NCBI GenBank assembly: GCA_963926395.1
Contig: CAWUWX010000002.1
Span: 3,920 to 67,919, forward strand
DNA length: 64,000 nucleotides
Source of the DNA: an uncultured Alphaproteobacteria bacterium
GTDB taxonomy: Bacteria > Pseudomonadota > Alphaproteobacteria > HIMB59
Direction: 5' to 3'
Shown: in pieces, positions 40,539 through 50,551 of the stretch
How the letters are laid out: the number at the start of each line of letters is the position of its first letter
How positions within the stretch are numbered: position 1 is the stretch's first letter
Notes under the pieces: generated by a model
Databases searched by the model: none
What the model was told of the DNA's origin: nothing
Seen by the model: only the letters and a program-made list of their open reading frames with translations
Made by a program: the position numbers and the translations under genes

Positions 40539-41546
40539 TTATTTATTCACCAAAGGAATTACTTTTTTACCAATTAAATCGATAGATTTAAGAAGATTTT
40601 CATGGGTAATATCAGCTATATCCATCTGAAATTGAAATCTTGTAATTCCACCTAAAGCTTCACTATGACGAAGGATTTTTTCAGCAACTTCTTCAGGACT
40701 GCCTAAGACAATCGCTCCTTTTGAGCTAATTTGATCCTGAAAGCCCTGCATAGTAACAGGAGGCCAACCTCTTTCTCTTCCTATCTTATTAAACATTTTG
40801 GCATATCCTTCATAGTAAAGGTCAATCGCTTCCTCTTTAGTATTGGCAACATAGCCAAGAGAATGAATTCCTACAGAACATTTTTCCTTAGGGTGACCAG
40901 CAAGTTCCCAAGCTTCTCTGTAAAGATCGACAAGCGGACGGAAGCGATGAGTCTGACCTCCTATGATAGCTAGCATTAAAGGCAAGCCTAATGTGCCAGC
41001 TCTTGCAAAAGATTCAGGGGTTCCTCCTACACCCAAAGCTATTGGCAAAGGGTTTTGTAATGGCCTTGGATAAATCGTTTGATTGACAAGAGGTGCTCGA
41101 AATTGACCTTTCCAATTAACCACTTCGTTATCTCTGATTTGGAGGAGCAGTTTTAGCTTTTCTATAAATAAAGCATCATAATCTTCGAAGTTATAACCAA
41201 ACAATGGAAAAGCTTCAGAAAAAGAACCTCTTCCCGCAACCATCTCCGCTCTACCTCCAGAAATTAAATCCAGTGTAGCTAAATTTTGATAAACTCTAAC
41301 AGGGTCAGCAGCGCTTAAAACAGTCACGGCACTTGTTAATCTAATATTTTTTGTACGAACAGCCGCTGCAGATAAAATCATAAATGGAGCTGAATCTAAA
41401 AATTCTTTTCTATGATGTTCCCCAATCCCAAAAACATGAAGACCGACTTTGTCAGCATGAACTATTCTTTCAATAACATTATTAATTGATTTTACACTAT
41501 CTGCACCTTCTCTTTTGTCTGCAAAACTATCTATTCCTATTTCCAT
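40539..41546 (-). CDS. LLM-class flavin-dependent oxidoreductase (luciferase-like)
   Basis: GIGEHHR, LTSAVTVLS..DPVR, S.GRAE..AGRGSF.E.FPLFG. Confidence 0.9.
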   Translation of the reverse strand: MEIGIDSFADKREGADSVKSINNVIERIVHADKVGLHVFGIGEHHRKEFLDSAPFMILSAAAVRTKNIRLTSAVTVLSAADPVRVYQNLATLDLISGGRAEMVAGRGSFSEAFPLFGYNFEDYDALFIEKLKLLLQIRDNEVVNWKGQFRAPLVNQTIYPRPLQNPLPIALGVGGTPESFARAGTLGLPLMLAIIGGQTHRFRPLVDLYREAWELAGHPKEKCSVGIHSLGYVANTKEEAIDLYYEGYAKMFNKIGRERGWPPVTMQGFQDQISSKGAIVLGSPEEVAEKILRHSEALGGITRFQFQMDIADITHENLLKSIDLIGKKVIPLVNK

Positions 41547-42166
41547 TAATTTTGGGCTGCTTTTACATTAGGATTATCTAAATTATCTCTTAAAGAATTT
41601 ATTGATCCTAAATAATTTGAGACTAATTTTCTTATAATTTCTTTTTCTTCAATTATTGTGAATTTACCATCATTGTCAAAAGTATCATTCGAGGCTTTAG
41701 ATAAACTATAAGTTAAAATATCTCTATCTACGCCTAGAACTCTAAGTAATACTTGAAGTCTTTCAATAGATCTATTAGCACCATTTTTTCCAATAGAAGC
41801 TCCTACAGCAATTGTTTTTAGATCTAAAAAATTCTCTTTAGGAGTTTCATTTACTTTTTTTCTTGAAAGCCAATCCAATGTATTTTTCAGAACTGCCGAA
41901 ATTTCACCATTATATTCAGGACTCGATACGATTAATCCTGACGAAGATATTAGAATATTTTTTAACATAAAAAGGTTAGATGGAATTCCTTTCAGCTCTA
42001 CATCCTCATTATAAAAAGGAAGAGGGTAATCATTTAAATCAACAAAAGTAGTATTATAACCTTGGCTATTAATTTCTATTTCCATATTTTTTAAAACTTT
42101 AGTGTTAAAGGAGTCTTTTCTTAGACTACCTGAAATGATTACAATATTTTTTGTATTTATTTTCAT
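41546..42166 (-). CDS. NAD(P)H-dependent FMN reductase
   Basis: SGSLRKDSFN, PEYNG, LKN.LDWLSR. Confidence 0.9.
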   Translation of the reverse strand: MKINTKNIVIISGSLRKDSFNTKVLKNMEIEINSQGYNTTFVDLNDYPLPFYNEDVELKGIPSNLFMLKNILISSSGLIVSSPEYNGEISAVLKNTLDWLSRKKVNETPKENFLDLKTIAVGASIGKNGANRSIERLQVLLRVLGVDRDILTYSLSKASNDTFDNDGKFTIIEEKEIIRKLVSNYLGSINSLRDNLDNPNVKAAQN

Positions 42167-42207
42167 GTCTAATCTTTACGCAATTAATATCAATTAAGAT
42201 GAATATA

Positions 42208-42753
42208 TTATTTTTTAAAGCTCATTCTTTTCCAAATACCATATTTATCTATATCAATATAGCGATGATAAAGTCCTCCTGCCAAATGAATAAGGAAAGT
42301 AAATAGTAAAATTAAAGTAAAAGTATAATGAAATCCTTTAAGCTCCTCGTAGAAAGCAAGATTTTCACCTATAAGTCTTGGTAAGGTGAATAAACCTAAT
42401 ATTGCCACATCATATCCTCCGGTCCAAGTCAAAAGCATTCCTTGAATTGGAAGCCAAATAATTAATAAATATAGTAATACGTGAATTACTCCTGACGCAA
42501 CACGATGTGTCATAGGTACTTCTTTATTTGATGGTTTGGGATTAGAAAATCTCCATCCCAACCTTAAGATAACAAGAAGTAAAATGGCGGTTCCAAAAAT
42601 TTTATGATTATTAATAAGCATTCCTTTAAATGGAGAAAATTCCATAAAATGTAGATTTATACCAAATGACATTTGCATAATTAAAAATACAGCTAACCCC
42701 CAGTGAAAAATTTTTGCTATGAGACCCCAAGAGTTATTATCAGATTTATACAT
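42208..42753 (-). CDS. Cytochrome b561 (di-heme, four TM)
   Basis: K.FHW, HK.FG, RL.WR, H..LY, H...H...L.H heme ligands. Confidence 0.9.
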   Translation of the reverse strand: MYKSDNNSWGLIAKIFHWGLAVFLIMQMSFGINLHFMEFSPFKGMLINNHKIFGTAILLLVILRLGWRFSNPKPSNKEVPMTHRVASGVIHVLLYLLIIWLPIQGMLLTWTGGYDVAILGLFTLPRLIGENLAFYEELKGFHYTFTLILLFTFLIHLAGGLYHRYIDIDKYGIWKRMSFKK

Positions 42754-42774
42754 AATTATTTTCTTTCAATGTAT

Positions 42775-43011
42775 TTATATTTTTGTATGTGTTCCGTCAC
42801 AAAACGGCTGAGAAGACGATTGTTTACATCCACAAAAATAAGCTGTTTTAGTTTCTTCAGCTTTGTATGCAATAGGTGAAAAAGATGAACCTGAATGCGA
42901 TCCATCACAAAAAGGTTGTTTTTTACTATTACCACATGAGCAATAATAATAAGTTTTACCAGTCTCAATATCGATTGGGTAAGGGCTTTTTTGTGCGATT
43001 GTAGGTTTCAT
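42775..43011 (-). CDS. CDGSH [2Fe-2S] protein with two CDGSH motifs
   Basis: CSCGNSKKQPFCDGSH and CGCKQSSSQPFCDGTH. Confidence 0.93.
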   Translation of the reverse strand: MKPTIAQKSPYPIDIETGKTYYYCSCGNSKKQPFCDGSHSGSSFSPIAYKAEETKTAYFCGCKQSSSQPFCDGTHTKI

Positions 43012-43062
43012 AATTTAATTCTCCAATTTTTTACAAAAATTATATTAAAACTTAGATATAAC

Positions 43063-43093
43063 AAGTAGACATTTTTTACATAGTAGTATACTT
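43063..43093. promoter_or_regulatory. Putative HxlR-family operator in the divergent promoter
   Basis: AAGTA-21 nt-TACTT inverted repeat with internal AGTATACT palindrome, just upstream of the regulator. Confidence 0.4.
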
Positions 43094-43102
43094 ATTCATA
43101 CC

Positions 43103-43471
43103 ATGAGCAAAAGATCTGTTACATGCCCTGTTGAAAAAGCTATTAGTATAATTGGAGGTAAATGGAAAATTCCAATCATATACCACCTAAGTCAAAGACC
43201 TTGTAGATTTGGGATTTTGAGGAATAAGTTAACAAAAGTTACTACTCAAATGCTTTCCAAGCAATTAAAAGAAATGGAAAAGGACGGTTTAGTGAATAGA
43301 AAAGTTCTCAATATTATGCCGCCAAGTGTAGAATACTCTCTTACAGCTTTTGGCATTTCCGCTTTACCTGTGCTAAACACTCTCTATAAATGGAGTACTG
43401 ATGAAAATAAAATAATTACTAAAATAGCTAATCGTAAATCGCAAAAGATCGAACGTAGCGTAACAAATTAG
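43103..43471 (+). CDS. HxlR/DUF24 winged-helix regulator with N-terminal Cys
   Basis: TCPVEKAISIIGGKWK, RF..L, MLS.QL.E.E.DGLV.R, PP.VEYSLT. Confidence 0.92.
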   Translation: MSKRSVTCPVEKAISIIGGKWKIPIIYHLSQRPCRFGILRNKLTKVTTQMLSKQLKEMEKDGLVNRKVLNIMPPSVEYSLTAFGISALPVLNTLYKWSTDENKIITKIANRKSQKIERSVTN

Positions 43472-43509
43472 TTAAAGTATTTTTTTAATTTTTTTGTCAT
43501 AATAATTTA

Positions 43510-45003
43510 TTGAAATTAATGAAAACTATTAAAATACTATCTAGATCTAGCTTTTTAGCTAAAATACAAACTCTAATGGCTATTGAAGCCATTCAAAGAA
43601 AAAATAAAAATTTTAAATTTCAAATTATTTATTCTGAATCTATAGGAGATAAAGATATGTCAGCTCATGCTTGGAAAAAACATGGATTTGGAATATTTAC
43701 TAACTCACTATCAAATGAGTTAATTACAAAAAATGCAGATATTGTTGTTCATTCCTTTAAAGATCTTCCCGTAAAAAATACACTAAAAACATCATTTATT
43801 ACATTAGAGAGAGATGACCCCAGGGATGTCGTTCTTATAAAAAAAAAATCGTTAAGAAAGAAATCTCTGAATTTAGGTACTTCTTCTCCTAGGCGGGCCT
43901 ATTATTTAAAGTTGTTGAAAAATTTTATTCCTTTTCAATCTTTAAAGGCTAAAAAAATAAGAGGCAATATTCAAACACGTCTATCTAAAATTATTACTAA
44001 TAAGTCTGAAGACGGTCTCTTCATGTCCAAAGCAGCTATTGACAGAGTGTTTAAGTATGGTCAAAAAATAAATAATAAGGAATTCATAAGATTTAAAAAA
44101 AGCTTAGCTGAGTTTACATCCGTTATTCTTCCACTCTCGCAATTTCCCAGCGCTGCAGCTCAAGGCTGTGTAGCGATTGAGTTTAGAACTAATGATAAAA
44201 ATTTAAAAAAAATTCTTGAAAAGGTAAATCATTTGGAAAGTTATGAAAACTGCCTTAGAGAAAGAAATTTTCTTGCACGCTGGGGTGGAGGCTGCTCATT
44301 AGATATTGGAGTTTCTATTGATAATGTTCTTAATAAAAAAATTATATTTTCTAGAGGAAGAGATAATACCTCTAATAAATACTTCCATGATAAGAAATAT
44401 TTATTTAAGGAAAAGACCATTAAAGTTAAAAACATATTTCCCAATAACTTAAAAAAATACCATATGTTTGAAAGGACAGAAATCTCTTCTGCCGTCAACC
44501 TTGCAAAAAAAATTATTATTGTCTCTAGGGCTAATTCTATTTCAAAGAAAATGTTCAAAGACGCCTCCTATATTATTGCTTCAGGTAGTAGTACTTGGCA
44601 AAAATTGAATAAAATAGGTGTATTAGTCAATGCGAGTTTAGATAATTTTGGTGAAAGTTACAGATTCCCCAATATTCACTTTACTCAATCTTCACAAAAA
44701 CCTTATAAACTGACCTATAAAGAAAATAAACTTGAATCTCAATTTAAGAAGATTCCTCACTACTCACTATCCCCATCAGTTAATAGGATTACCATTGATG
44801 AATTATTTATAGCTGAAAGTTTTTATTGGATGAGTTTTTCTGCATTTAATTTAGCAATAAAATTAAGACCTGAAATACTAAATAAAAGGAACTCTTGCGG
44901 ACCTGGTAATACCTATAACCAAATTTCAAAAGTTATTCCAAAAAAACAATTAAACGTATATCTTAGTTATGAAGACTTTAGAGAGAATGAATTAAAAAAA
45001 TGA
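43510..45003 (+). CDS. hemC: Hydroxymethylbilane synthase with about 200-aa C-terminal HemD-like extension
   Basis: SRSS.LA..Q, G.FT, VHSFKDLP, GTSSPRR, IRGNI.TRL, GGGC cofactor Cys; extra domain with G..TW..L, W.S.SAF, CGPG.T. Confidence 0.88.
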   Translation: MKLMKTIKILSRSSFLAKIQTLMAIEAIQRKNKNFKFQIIYSESIGDKDMSAHAWKKHGFGIFTNSLSNELITKNADIVVHSFKDLPVKNTLKTSFITLERDDPRDVVLIKKKSLRKKSLNLGTSSPRRAYYLKLLKNFIPFQSLKAKKIRGNIQTRLSKIITNKSEDGLFMSKAAIDRVFKYGQKINNKEFIRFKKSLAEFTSVILPLSQFPSAAAQGCVAIEFRTNDKNLKKILEKVNHLESYENCLRERNFLARWGGGCSLDIGVSIDNVLNKKIIFSRGRDNTSNKYFHDKKYLFKEKTIKVKNIFPNNLKKYHMFERTEISSAVNLAKKIIIVSRANSISKKMFKDASYIIASGSSTWQKLNKIGVLVNASLDNFGESYRFPNIHFTQSSQKPYKLTYKENKLESQFKKIPHYSLSPSVNRITIDELFIAESFYWMSFSAFNLAIKLRPEILNKRNSCGPGNTYNQISKVIPKKQLNVYLSYEDFRENELKK

Positions 45004-45920
45004 AACCTTTTTTTCCTATTAGTAAAATTAGTAAAATAAGCCCCAATATGCTTATTCAACCTTTTTTTATTGATCAAAAAATTAAAGATAAAAAACCCAT
45101 TAAAGGGTTAGGTAAAAATTATAGTTGGTCATCAAAAAAAATAAATCAAGCTTTAGAAAAAGATTTAAAAAAAGGGGTAAAAAATTTTCTTCTTTTTATT
45201 GTCCCTAATCAAAAACAGATACTTCCTGAAGACTTCAGTTTTCATTACGACGTTATCAGAGATATTAAAAAACAATTTGGCAAAGATATAGTAGTATTAA
45301 TTGATACATGTTTATGTTCTATAACTCCTGATGGACACTGCGGCGTTTCTCAACATAAAAAAATTGATCTTCAAAAAACACACTACTCTCTTGGAGTTGC
45401 GGCAAACACATATCTAGAAGCAGGTGCAGATATTATTGCTCCAAGCGATATGATGAAAAATACAACAAAATATTTAAAAAAAACCTTTCAGGTCAATGGG
45501 TTCAATAGTGCTCCTATCATGAGTTATTCAACTAAATTTAAAAGTAATCTTTACGGTCCTTTTCGAGAAGCAGCTAAATCATCTCCCCTTGGATTTGACA
45601 GGTCTTCCTATCAGCTTCCGGTTAATGATAGAGATAAGGCTATCAAAAGCTCAATTGATAATGCCGCTCAGGGTGCCGACTATTTAATGGTTAAACCAGG
45701 GATGACTTCTATAGATCTGATTAATGACATTAAATCAAACACCTTATTGCCAACTGGCGTCTATCAAGTTAGTGGAGAATACGCCAGTCTTAATTATCTT
45801 CATAAAGAGAAGCTTGGGGATTACACAAAATTACTTCATGAGAGTTTATTAGTTTTTAAAAGGGCAAAAGCTGATTTTATTATTACCTATGGGGCAAGAG
45901 ATATTGTCAGTTATTTATAA
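45000..45920 (+). CDS. hemB: Porphobilinogen synthase (Zn-binding Cys type)
   Basis: DTCLCSITPDGHCG, APSDMM, MSYS.KF, YGPFREA, MVKP, YQVSGEY. Confidence 0.94.
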   Translation: MKPFFPISKISKISPNMLIQPFFIDQKIKDKKPIKGLGKNYSWSSKKINQALEKDLKKGVKNFLLFIVPNQKQILPEDFSFHYDVIRDIKKQFGKDIVVLIDTCLCSITPDGHCGVSQHKKIDLQKTHYSLGVAANTYLEAGADIIAPSDMMKNTTKYLKKTFQVNGFNSAPIMSYSTKFKSNLYGPFREAAKSSPLGFDRSSYQLPVNDRDKAIKSSIDNAAQGADYLMVKPGMTSIDLINDIKSNTLLPTGVYQVSGEYASLNYLHKEKLGDYTKLLHESLLVFKRAKADFIITYGARDIVSYL

Positions 45921-46905
45921 TCAATCATTTCATAACGCCTTAAATAGAAAAGAGCAAATTATTCCTCCTATCTGGTTAATGAGACAGGCTGGGAGATACC
46001 ATGCTCATTATCAAAAACTCAAAGAGAAATATTCTTTTGAGGAGTTGTGCCTTCAACCAGAACTATCTTGTGAGGTAACATTAGGACCCATACAGGATTT
46101 TGATTTTGATGCTGCTATTTTATTTAGCGATATTTTATTTCCTTTAGATTTTTTAGGTATGGGCTTAACTTTTAATCCAGGCCCTCAATTTCAAAATCAT
46201 TTAGAAATCAAGCATTTAGAAAATATAGAAATTGAGCGCTTTAATCATTTTATTAAGTTTCAATCTGAATCTTTAAATTTAATTCGTTCCGCTTTACCTA
46301 AAAATAAATCTCTTATTGGTTTTGTGGGAGGTCCTATCACTCTCTATCACTTTGCAACACGGAATCATGAAAAAAATAACTCTCTCTTAAATCCTTTCTT
46401 GATTGCAATGGAAAAAATTCTAACAAAGAATATCGATATACAGCTTGAAACAGATTTGGACTTGCTAATGATCTTCGACACTGAAGCTAACAACCTACAC
46501 GACGATGATTTTAAAAATAAAGTTATTCCTTTTATTAAAAAACAAGCACAAAGACACCCTAATAAAATAGGTTATTTTACTAAAAATATTTCTTTAAATA
46601 AGTATCAATGTTTAAAAGAAATTATTGGATTAAGATTAACTGTTTTAGGGTCCGGCTATGATATTTTGACAGAATTAAAGAATACTGAACTCTCTCTTCA
46701 AGGCAATTTCTCCAATGACCTATTAGCCTTAGAAGACAAAGATACTTTTAAAAGTGCGTTAGTAGAATTTATCAACTATATCAATGATTCTAATCCAAAA
46801 CATAGATCTGGGTGGATCGCAAGCCTTGACCACGGAGTTCAAAAAACTACACCAGAGAACAATGTGCGCATGTTCATTGATCAAATAAGAACTAAACTAG
46901 TATAA
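45889..46905 (+). CDS. hemE: Uroporphyrinogen decarboxylase
   Basis: PIWLMRQAGRY, DAAILFSDIL, LIGF.GGP, LQGN, L.HG. Confidence 0.93.
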   Translation: MGQEILSVIYNQSFHNALNRKEQIIPPIWLMRQAGRYHAHYQKLKEKYSFEELCLQPELSCEVTLGPIQDFDFDAAILFSDILFPLDFLGMGLTFNPGPQFQNHLEIKHLENIEIERFNHFIKFQSESLNLIRSALPKNKSLIGFVGGPITLYHFATRNHEKNNSLLNPFLIAMEKILTKNIDIQLETDLDLLMIFDTEANNLHDDDFKNKVIPFIKKQAQRHPNKIGYFTKNISLNKYQCLKEIIGLRLTVLGSGYDILTELKNTELSLQGNFSNDLLALEDKDTFKSALVEFINYINDSNPKHRSGWIASLDHGVQKTTPENNVRMFIDQIRTKLV

Positions 46906-46922
46906 AATACGTAATTTATTAA

Positions 46923-47942
46923 ATGTCATCATTCAAAGGAAATAAAGATTATGTTCATGGTTCAAAGCCAAAAATAGGAGTTCTATTAACTAATTTAGGG
47001 ACTCCAGACGAACCAACCGCAAAATCTCTAAGAGTTTATCTCAAAGAATTTTTATCTGATACTAGAGTTATAGAAACGCCCAAATGGATTTGGTGGTTAA
47101 TTTTAAATGTAATTATTTTAAATATTAGGCCTGCTAAATCAGCCAAACTTTATAAATCTATTTGGGCAGATGGCGGATCTCCCTTAATGGTCAATGCTAA
47201 AAATCAATTAGAATTAACTAAAGCAAAATTTAAAGACACTCATCCTCATATTATTTTTGATCTTGGGATGAGGTATGGTAATCCTAGTATTCATAGTGGT
47301 CTAAACAATTTAAGGAAACATAACTGTGATAAAATTATTATTTTACCTTTATATCCCCAGTATTGTGCAGCTACAACTGGTTCAACTTTTGATGCGGTTG
47401 CAAAAGAATTTTTAAAATGGCGATGGGTCCCCGCTTTAAGGTTTATATCAAATTATCATACTCACCCGCAATACATCGAGGCTTTATGCAATAGTATTAA
47501 AGAGTATTGGGAAACAAATTCTAAACCAAAAAAATTAATTTTTAGTTATCACGGAGTTCCAAAAAAATATTTAGATAAAGGTGATCCTTATCACTGTTTT
47601 TGTCATAGAACGACTAGACTCGTGAAAGAAAAAATGGGCTTAGATGAAGAGTTATGTTTAACTACATTTCAGTCAAGATTTGGTCCTGCAGAGTGGTTAC
47701 AACCCTATACCGACAAAACCATAGAAAAATTTGCCCAAGAAGGTATTGATGATATTCAGGTGATAAGCCCAGCTTTTTCTTCAGATTGTCTTGAAACAAT
47801 CGAAGAGTTAAATGGCGAGAATAGAGAAATATTTATGGAAAATGGTGGGAAGAATTTTGGTTATATTCCTTGCCTAAATGATCGTGAAGATCATATTCAA
47901 ATGATTGAATCCTTAATTAAATTAGAACTTCAGGGTTGGTAG
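46923..47942 (+). CDS. hemH: Ferrochelatase
   Basis: NLGTP, MRYGNP, PLYPQY, FSYHG.P, FQSRFG..EWLQPY, DCLET.EE. Confidence 0.96.
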   Translation: MSSFKGNKDYVHGSKPKIGVLLTNLGTPDEPTAKSLRVYLKEFLSDTRVIETPKWIWWLILNVIILNIRPAKSAKLYKSIWADGGSPLMVNAKNQLELTKAKFKDTHPHIIFDLGMRYGNPSIHSGLNNLRKHNCDKIIILPLYPQYCAATTGSTFDAVAKEFLKWRWVPALRFISNYHTHPQYIEALCNSIKEYWETNSKPKKLIFSYHGVPKKYLDKGDPYHCFCHRTTRLVKEKMGLDEELCLTTFQSRFGPAEWLQPYTDKTIEKFAQEGIDDIQVISPAFSSDCLETIEELNGENREIFMENGGKNFGYIPCLNDREDHIQMIESLIKLELQGW

Positions 47943-48766
47943 TTTTGATTACAGATATAGAAAATAATAAGAAAATTAGCTCAACTTGGTTCAAGGAGTT
48001 AAGAAATCAAATGGTTGGTTCTATTGAAAAAATTGATGGATCTAGATTTAAAGAAAAGATTTGGGAGCGTCAAGGTGGTGGTGGTGGACTTATGTCCACG
48101 CTAAAAGGAAATGTATTTGAAAAAGTAGGAGTAAATATTTCTACAGTCCATGGCGAATTTACTAAAGAATTTAGAAAGAATATGCCTGGTACAGATGACA
48201 ATCCCTCTTTTTGGGCTAGCGGTATTTCAGTCGTAGCTCACATGAAAAACCCTAAAATAGCAGCAGCTCATTTTAATACCAGATACATAGTCACTGCTTC
48301 TAAAAGTTGGTTTGGTGGGGGGTGCGATTTAACGCCAGCAATTCCAGAGGATGAAGAAACTAATGCATTTCATTCAGGACTAGAGAAAACATGTAATCAG
48401 CATGACCGTCAGTATTACCCAAAGTTTAAAAAAGAGTGTGATGAATATTTTTTTCTAAAACATCGAGATGAAAAAAGGGGAATAGGCGGAATATTTTTTG
48501 ATTATTTAAATACAAGTGATTTTGAAAAAGATTTAAATTTCATCAAAGATGTAGGTCAATTTTTTGCAAACTTTGTTAATTCAAATACACTTCGTAAAAA
48601 AGATATGAACTATAATGAAGAAGATATAGAAAAACTTTCCCATAAAAGATCAAGATATGTAGAATTTAATCTTCTCTACGATAGGGGGACCTTATTTGGT
48701 TTAAAGACAGGTGGAAATATTGATGCTATATTGATGTCCATGCCCCCTGAAGCGAAATGGACATAA
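47936..48766 (+). CDS. hemF: Oxygen-dependent coproporphyrinogen III oxidase
   Basis: FEKVGVN.S, WFGGG.DLTP, RG.GGIFFD, RYVEFNL.YDRGT.FGL. Confidence 0.96.
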   Translation: MVVLITDIENNKKISSTWFKELRNQMVGSIEKIDGSRFKEKIWERQGGGGGLMSTLKGNVFEKVGVNISTVHGEFTKEFRKNMPGTDDNPSFWASGISVVAHMKNPKIAAAHFNTRYIVTASKSWFGGGCDLTPAIPEDEETNAFHSGLEKTCNQHDRQYYPKFKKECDEYFFLKHRDEKRGIGGIFFDYLNTSDFEKDLNFIKDVGQFFANFVNSNTLRKKDMNYNEEDIEKLSHKRSRYVEFNLLYDRGTLFGLKTGGNIDAILMSMPPEAKWT

Positions 48767-48769
48767 AAT

Positions 48770-49186
48770 ATGTATGAATGGTTAAAAGTACTTCATATCA
48801 TTTCTTTAATTTGTTGGTTTGCTGGATTATTTTATCTACCTAGATTGTTTATTTATCACGTTGAGAATATTCAAAATAAAGAATCTGTTGAAATTTTCAA
48901 AAAAATGGAATTAAGACTATTAAAATTAATTATGAATCCTGCGATGATCGCAACATGGATCTTTGGTATAGGACTCATTCATCATGTGGGTCTAGATACT
49001 TGGTTATATTTAAAGATTTGCCTGGTCATTATCTTGTCCGGCTATCATATGTACTTGGGGAAAATCAGAAAAAATCTTTTTCATAACCTTAAGAGTTATT
49101 CCTCAAAATACCTTCGATATACCAATGAAATCCCCACTTTATTACTAGTTTTTATAGTAATTTTAGTTGTAATAAAGCCCTTCTAA
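48770..49186 (+). CDS. hemJ: Protoporphyrinogen oxidase HemJ
   Basis: K..HII..I.WFAGLFYLPRLF.YH, IMNPAM, NEIP, KPF. Confidence 0.95.
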   Translation: MYEWLKVLHIISLICWFAGLFYLPRLFIYHVENIQNKESVEIFKKMELRLLKLIMNPAMIATWIFGIGLIHHVGLDTWLYLKICLVIILSGYHMYLGKIRKNLFHNLKSYSSKYLRYTNEIPTLLLVFIVILVVIKPF

Positions 49187-49204
49187 CTATACTAACAAAC
49201 TCAA

Positions 49205-50551
49205 ATGAATCTCTCTAAAGGTGATATTAAGTCACAAATTATAAAAATTGCATTACCAGCAAGTATTGGAATGATATTTCACACGTTCTATAATATCACA
49301 GATACTTTTTACGCTGGTCTTATTAGTTCTGAAGCTATTGGATCTATGGCCATCACCTTTCCTGTTTTTTTTATTTTATTAGCTTTAGCTATTGGGTTTT
49401 CTCAGGGCACAACTGCACTAATATCAAATTATATTGGATCTGGAGATCAAAGAAGAGCATGTGAAATTTATGTTCAGGCAATTTTATATACAATAATATT
49501 TTCTATTATCATGGGAGGAGTAATTTTTTATTCGTGTGAGTGGATTTTTATTTTTTTTGGGGCTGAGGGTAGTTTTTTAAATAATTCAGTTGCTTATATG
49601 ACTGTGATTGCTATTGGAGCTCCTTTTATGCTTCTTAGTCTAGTAGTTAATTCCATTTTAAATGCGATAGGAGATTCAAAAAAAAATAGAAATGTAATGA
49701 TGTTTGGTTTTTTTTTAAATATTGCTCTCAACCCAATTCTTTGTTTTGGATTTTTATTTATACCCCCTCTTGGTATTATGGGAATTGCATTTTCTACTGT
49801 AACAGTTCAACTCATCGCCACTAGTTATCTTTTTATGCACGCAGTTAAAACTGATATAATGCAGAATTACTCTTCTCATATGCTTATATTGAAATTTAAT
49901 TATTTTAAAAAATTTATTAGCCAATCTATTCCTAGCAGTATTTCCTATCTAATGATTGCATTTGGATTTTTTGTGATAACAAAATTTGTAGCAGGCTATG
50001 GGCCTTCTGCAGCAGCAGCGTTTGGTGTTGCGCTTAGAATAGAGGAATTGATAATTCTACCTACGATTGGTCTAAATGTAGCATTAGTTTCAATTATTGG
50101 GCAAAGTTATGGAGCAAAAGAATATAAACGGATTCGAGAAGTTTATATAACTTCACTTAAAATTGGATTCATTATGATGTTTTTTGGATCTATTATTTTA
50201 ATCTTTTTAGGAGAATTTCTATCTTCTCTTTTCACTAACGATGAAGAAGTCATTAGGTATTCAAAGAATTATTTGTATTTTGCTGCGATTTGGAGTTTTT
50301 TATTTCCAGTTGTACATATGAGCGGATCAGTCTTTCTGGGAATTAAAAAACCTTTATACACTGCTTTTTATGCCTTTATTAGACTTGGAGTTTTACCTGG
50401 AATTGTAATCTATCTTATTACTAAGTATTTTGAGTTTGAGGTAAATGGTATTTGGATTGGGTTACTAATAATTAATTTTACTGTATCAGCTATTATTTTT
50501 TTTCATTTGAAAAGAATATTGTCAAGAATAGAAAATCAAATCAAAACCTAA
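49205..50551 (+). CDS. MATE family efflux transporter
   Basis: ALP, YNITD..Y.G, GD.K, LNP, G..G.A..T; about 12 TM helices. Confidence 0.9.
   Translation: MNLSKGDIKSQIIKIALPASIGMIFHTFYNITDTFYAGLISSEAIGSMAITFPVFFILLALAIGFSQGTTALISNYIGSGDQRRACEIYVQAILYTIIFSIIMGGVIFYSCEWIFIFFGAEGSFLNNSVAYMTVIAIGAPFMLLSLVVNSILNAIGDSKKNRNVMMFGFFLNIALNPILCFGFLFIPPLGIMGIAFSTVTVQLIATSYLFMHAVKTDIMQNYSSHMLILKFNYFKKFISQSIPSSISYLMIAFGFFVITKFVAGYGPSAAAAFGVALRIEELIILPTIGLNVALVSIIGQSYGAKEYKRIREVYITSLKIGFIMMFFGSIILIFLGEFLSSLFTNDEEVIRYSKNYLYFAAIWSFLFPVVHMSGSVFLGIKKPLYTAFYAFIRLGVLPGIVIYLITKYFEFEVNGIWIGLLIINFTVSAIIFFHLKRILSRIENQIKT

Noticed and set aside
38822-44558. Nested ORFs in trhO, hemA, LLM and hemC, and the alternate frame 42756-42968
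   Set aside because: Overlap genes with clear motifs; the CDGSH frame (42775-43011) is the real one
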